64,000 nucleotides of DNA, taken from the NCBI GenBank assembly GCA_963667015.2, contig CAXXJJ010000004.1, forward strand, positions 2,784,001 to 2,848,000. Reading direction: 5' to 3'. The DNA is from Desulfatiglandales bacterium. Its GTDB lineage: Bacteria; Desulfobacterota; DSM-4660; Desulfatiglandales; HGW-15. Position numbers and translations under genes: made by a program. This document shows, piece after piece, positions 60,402-64,000 of the stretch. Under the pieces are notes generated by a model that saw only the letters and a program-made list of their open reading frames with translations, did no database searches and had not been told where the DNA came from. The stretch's first letter is position 1, and every line of letters starts with the position of its first letter.

Positions 60402-60779
60402 TTATTTCTGTTTATCCATGTTATCAATAATCTTTTTAAAATAAATCTGATCCTGATCCAGCAATGGGGATGAATACCCCATCATGTTCAGCCTGGTTAT
60501 CTTAAGGTTTATGCGTTTGATCTGCCTGTATTTTTCCTCTTCATCAGGAATGCCTGAGAGTAAATCCGTCATATGCCTGATCTCCTTCCTGAGTTCAAGC
60601 TCCGGGGGAAGACAGTTTGCATTTTTCAACACCTTGTGTGACAGGCGAAGGTCCTCGGGGATACGGCTTTCATCCTCAAGGTCAAGCGGCTCTCCCTTCC
60701 CTGGCAGATTGTCAAACTCGCCCCTCTCCTGCGCTTCCTTTATTTTTTCCTCAATTATTTTCTGATAACCGTATAACAT
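60402..60779 (-). CDS. DUF1992 / DnaJ-related protein
   Basis: GEFDNLPGKGEPL, LKNANCLP. Confidence 0.85.
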   Translation of the reverse strand: MLYGYQKIIEEKIKEAQERGEFDNLPGKGEPLDLEDESRIPEDLRLSHKVLKNANCLPPELELRKEIRHMTDLLSGIPDEEEKYRQIKRINLKITRLNMMGYSSPLLDQDQIYFKKIIDNMDKQK

Positions 60780-60930
60780 TCAAAATCTCTCATAATATAT
60801 ATTCGGGATTTTATATCATTTCATAAATGATTTCCAGCAGCATTTTTCCCGGTTTTCAGAGGGGCGATCTTTCTTGACATTAGTTAAAATATCTGAAAAT
60901 TTCATTTAAAAAATCACGGGACGGTAACTC

Positions 60931-61395
60931 ATGGTAGATGAGCTTGATAAAAAGATAATAAGTCTTCTTCAAAAGGATATCCCTGTTGATCCGCAGCCGT
61001 ATAAAATCATTGCCGATCAGCTCGGGGTTGAAGAAGATGAAGTTTTAAATAAAATAGAGGCTATGGTCAAAAAGGGAGTTATCAGGCGTTTTGGTGCGAC
61101 CCTCTATCACCAGGAAGCCGGTTTCAGTGCCAACGCAATGGTGGCATGGGTCATCCCGGAAGAAAAAGTGGATGAAATTGGACGTGTAATGGCCGGATTC
61201 AGGGAGGTCACTCACTGCTATCACAGAAGACCTCAAAAGGACTGGAAATACAGTCTTTATACCATGATACATGGTGATACCAGAGAAGAATGCTACGATA
61301 TAGCAAAAAAGATGTCAGAAAAAACCGGAATGAATGAATATTCACTGCTCTTCAGTGAAAAAGAATTCAAGAAAACAAGTATGGAATATTTTTAA
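60931..61395 (+). CDS. ahbB: Siroheme decarboxylase beta subunit (Lrp/AsnC-like)
   Basis: IRRFGA..H..AGF.ANAM, VTHCY.R, YTMIH, KKTSMEYF; upstream of hemL. Confidence 0.88.
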   Translation: MVDELDKKIISLLQKDIPVDPQPYKIIADQLGVEEDEVLNKIEAMVKKGVIRRFGATLYHQEAGFSANAMVAWVIPEEKVDEIGRVMAGFREVTHCYHRRPQKDWKYSLYTMIHGDTREECYDIAKKMSEKTGMNEYSLLFSEKEFKKTSMEYF

Positions 61396-61404
61396 CAAAA
61401 ACGG

Positions 61405-61450
61405 GGATTATCCGCTGTCGTTTGAAGCGACAGCGGATAATCCAGTTTTT
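61405..61450 (+). terminator. Strong hairpin with T-tail between ahbB and hemL
   Basis: GGATTATCCGCTGTCG...CGACAGCGGATAATCC then AGTTTTTT. Confidence 0.6.
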
Positions 61451-61465
61451 TATTGGAGCGAGCAT

Positions 61466-62746
61466 ATGGAAGAAAAATCAAAAGTGCTATTTGAACAGGC
61501 GAAAAAATACATCCCCGGCGGCGTTAACAGCCCTGTACGGGCTGGTAAATCCGTAGGAGTTGACCCGCTGTTCATATCAAAGGCAGAGGGCTGCTACCTG
61601 TGGGATGCAGATGGAACAAAATATACAGATTATGTATGCTCCTGGGGTCCAATGATTCTTGGGCACAGTCATCCCGAAGTATTAAAGGCAATAACAGAAA
61701 AACTGCCAATGGGCACCAGTTACGGTGCGCCTACTGCCATTGAAGTGGATATGGCTGAAACCATTATTGAAATGGTCCCTTCCATTGAAATGGTAAGGAT
61801 GGTAAATTCGGGAACAGAGGCTGCAATGAGCGCTATCCGTCTTGCCAGGGGATATACCGGTAGAAATATAATTGTAAAATTTGAAGGGTGTTATCACGGA
61901 CATGCTGACAGCCTTCTTGTTGATGCGGGTAGCGGGGTAGCAACGCTTGGAATCCCGGGCAGCCCCGGTATACCGGAAAAAATAGCCGGGTACACAATGT
62001 CCCTTCCTTTTAATAACCTTGATAATGTCATTAATGCCTTTGAAAAATTCGGAAAAGATATTGCCGCTGTAATTGTTGAACCTGTTCCTGCCAATATGGG
62101 GGTTATAATCCCGGACACCGACTTTCTTAAGGGATTAAGAAAACTTACACAGGAAAACGGTTCTCTTCTTATTTTTGACGAGGTAATAAGCGGATTCAGG
62201 ATAAGTCTTGGTGGTGCCCAACAGTTTTACAATATTATGCCTGATCTCACATGCCTTGGAAAAATTATCGGCGGAGGTCTTCCTGTTGGAGCCTATGGCG
62301 GTAGAAAAGAGATCATGGAGCATATCGCCCCTGATGGCAATATTTATCAGGCGGGAACCCTGTCAGGAAATCCACTTGCAATGGCAGCAGGACTTTCAAC
62401 CCTCAATCTGTTAAAAGACAGTAATATATACAAGGACCTGGAGGCTAAGGGTGACAGGTTTTTCAATGGCCTGAAGGATGCTGCGGAGAATGCAGGTCTT
62501 GATATTGTCATAAACCATATCGGCTCACTCGGCTCCCTGTTCTTTACAGGTGAACCTGTAACCGACTTTGCATCAGCTAAAAAAAGTGACACCGCTTTTT
62601 TCAAGAAGTTTTACAAAAAAATGCGTGAAAAGGGTATTTATCTGGCACCAAGTCCATTTGAGGCATATTTTGTTTCCATTGCCCATGATAATGAAGTAAT
62701 TGACAGGACAATTGAGATAGCATCCGATTGTTTCAGCTGTGCATAA
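61466..62746 (+). CDS. hemL: Glutamate-1-semialdehyde 2,1-aminomutase
   Basis: IPGGVNSPVRA, NSGTEA, FDEV, GKIIGGG, QAGTLSGNP. Confidence 0.97.
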   Translation: MEEKSKVLFEQAKKYIPGGVNSPVRAGKSVGVDPLFISKAEGCYLWDADGTKYTDYVCSWGPMILGHSHPEVLKAITEKLPMGTSYGAPTAIEVDMAETIIEMVPSIEMVRMVNSGTEAAMSAIRLARGYTGRNIIVKFEGCYHGHADSLLVDAGSGVATLGIPGSPGIPEKIAGYTMSLPFNNLDNVINAFEKFGKDIAAVIVEPVPANMGVIIPDTDFLKGLRKLTQENGSLLIFDEVISGFRISLGGAQQFYNIMPDLTCLGKIIGGGLPVGAYGGRKEIMEHIAPDGNIYQAGTLSGNPLAMAAGLSTLNLLKDSNIYKDLEAKGDRFFNGLKDAAENAGLDIVINHIGSLGSLFFTGEPVTDFASAKKSDTAFFKKFYKKMREKGIYLAPSPFEAYFVSIAHDNEVIDRTIEIASDCFSCA

Positions 62747-62873
62747 AGTTATAAAGCAATAAACCAAATCAGGGTAATAGCGGCACATGTTTGGCCAAAA
62801 ACCATTGACTTTATAAAAAATTTTGTGATAGATATCGCGTCAAAGAGTTAAAAACAGGAAGAATCCTGATTTT

Positions 62874-63101
62874 ATGGACAATGAGACTAAAAAATTGTTT
62901 CGTACTCTGGGTGTCCTGAGTACGGCAGGAATGGCAATGGCCTTCTCCATTGCAATCGGGGTTCTGGTCGGGTATTATCTTGATCAAAAATTTGATACGG
63001 CACCCTGGCTCTTTATTATTTTCTTGATTTTCGGTATTATCGCGGCCTTTAAAAATCTTTACTATATGTACAAAAAGGCAAAAGAAATTGGCGGCGATTA
63101 A
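62874..63101 (+). CDS. AtpZ/AtpI-family protein
   Basis: GYYLDQKFDTAPW; first gene of atp Fo operon. Confidence 0.88.
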   Translation: MDNETKKLFRTLGVLSTAGMAMAFSIAIGVLVGYYLDQKFDTAPWLFIIFLIFGIIAAFKNLYYMYKKAKEIGGD

Positions 63102-63102
63102 A

Positions 63103-63489
63103 ATGGAATGGGATGTAATCTATGAAGATCTGAAGACAAAAAACTGGATTATTATCATCCTTTTTTCTTCTATAAGCTTCTTTACATTAAGCCATTCATG
63201 CACTTTAGGCATAATTGTTGGTGGACTGGTCACTACTGCAAATTTTATCTTTCTGCAGCGTACTTTAAAGAAGGCCTTTGGCACTGACTTCAGACGGAAA
63301 ACAAAAAAAATATCGATATTTTTAAAATACTATTTTCGTCTTTTAATTTTAGGCATAATTATCTTTATCCTTTTAAAGTATCAACTGGTAGCACCGGTTG
63401 GCCTGGTAATAGGATTATCAACTGTTGTCGTTGCCATAGCTTTTTTGGGTATATGCATGGCCTTTAAGAAAAAAGGCAAGGAGGCATAA
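63103..63489 (+). CDS. atpI: ATP synthase protein I
   Basis: Four TM segments; between atpZ-like gene and atpB. Confidence 0.8.
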   Translation: MEWDVIYEDLKTKNWIIIILFSSISFFTLSHSCTLGIIVGGLVTTANFIFLQRTLKKAFGTDFRRKTKKISIFLKYYFRLLILGIIIFILLKYQLVAPVGLVIGLSTVVVAIAFLGICMAFKKKGKEA

Positions 63490-63494
63490 TTAAG

Positions 63495-64000
63495 GTGCAA
63501 GAACATCATTGGTTTTTTATTAACAAACTGCTGGAAAAACTTGGCTATGCCCATTTAGCCCATGAGTATCAGGATGTTACACACTCATTGTTAATTATTT
63601 TAATTATGCTCGTGGGAAGCCTTTTTCTGGCAAGAGGCATTAAGCTGCTCCCGGAAAAGGGACAATCCTTTCTTGAATTCACCGTAGGCAGCCTTGAAGA
63701 CTTTATGGTCAATATCACAGGCCCTGAAGGAAAGGCGTTCTTCCCGTTTATTGCAACACTTTTCCTCTATATTTTAATATGTAATCTTATAGGACTTGTG
63801 CCCGGTTTTTTCTCACCCACAGCGAATTATAACACAACTCTTTCTATGGCTCTTTTAACATTTGTCTACACACATTATATAGGCATAAAATACCATGGGT
63901 TTAAATACATTAAGCATTTTCTGGGCCCTGTTCCGGCTATTGCGCCCATTATGCTGCCTATAGAATTAATTGGTCATCTTGCAAGGGTTATGTCACTTAC
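63495..64000 (+). CDS. atpB: ATP synthase Fo subunit a (3' truncated by window)
   Basis: GTG start; translates to NLIGLVPG..SPTAN.N.T...PIELIGHLARVMSL. Confidence 0.93.
   Translation, partial: MQEHHWFFINKLLEKLGYAHLAHEYQDVTHSLLIILIMLVGSLFLARGIKLLPEKGQSFLEFTVGSLEDFMVNITGPEGKAFFPFIATLFLYILICNLIGLVPGFFSPTANYNTTLSMALLTFVYTHYIGIKYHGFKYIKHFLGPVPAIAPIMLPIELIGHLARVMSL

Overview
Chromosomal window from an anaerobic deltaproteobacterium, probably Desulfobacterota (inferred from rex, ahbB-hemL, the dnaX-ybaB-recR and atp gene orders, many hybrid histidine kinases and an apparent selenoprotein). Bases 1 to about 7.35 kb are the right part of an integrated phage-satellite-like element. It encodes a P4-type integrase, AlpA, an iteron-bearing replication initiator with a DnaC-like loader, a cos-like site, a lone HK97-fold capsid gene behind an array of GCGGGATG hairpins, and GNAT plus DEDDh cargo. 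It ends at att-like sequence adjoining an unidentified, highly structured ~210-nt RNA candidate downstream of tadA-tRNA-Ser. The rest is mostly core genome with several accessory blocks: a sigma54/enhancer-controlled SpeD-like/GNAT/ATP-grasp/PLP-decarboxylase operon, a zone of decayed genes (24-27.5 kb), a FAD/Fe-S/FAD oxidoreductase operon, a B12 radical SAM enzyme, five copies of an uncharacterised cupin-like domain, and a PIN toxin-antitoxin pair at tRNA-Phe. Two recoding signals are visible: an in-frame UGA with a SECIS-like hairpin in a DUF1573-like gene, and an A10 slippage tract in dnaX. All calls come from reading the sequence by eye; no database searches were run.
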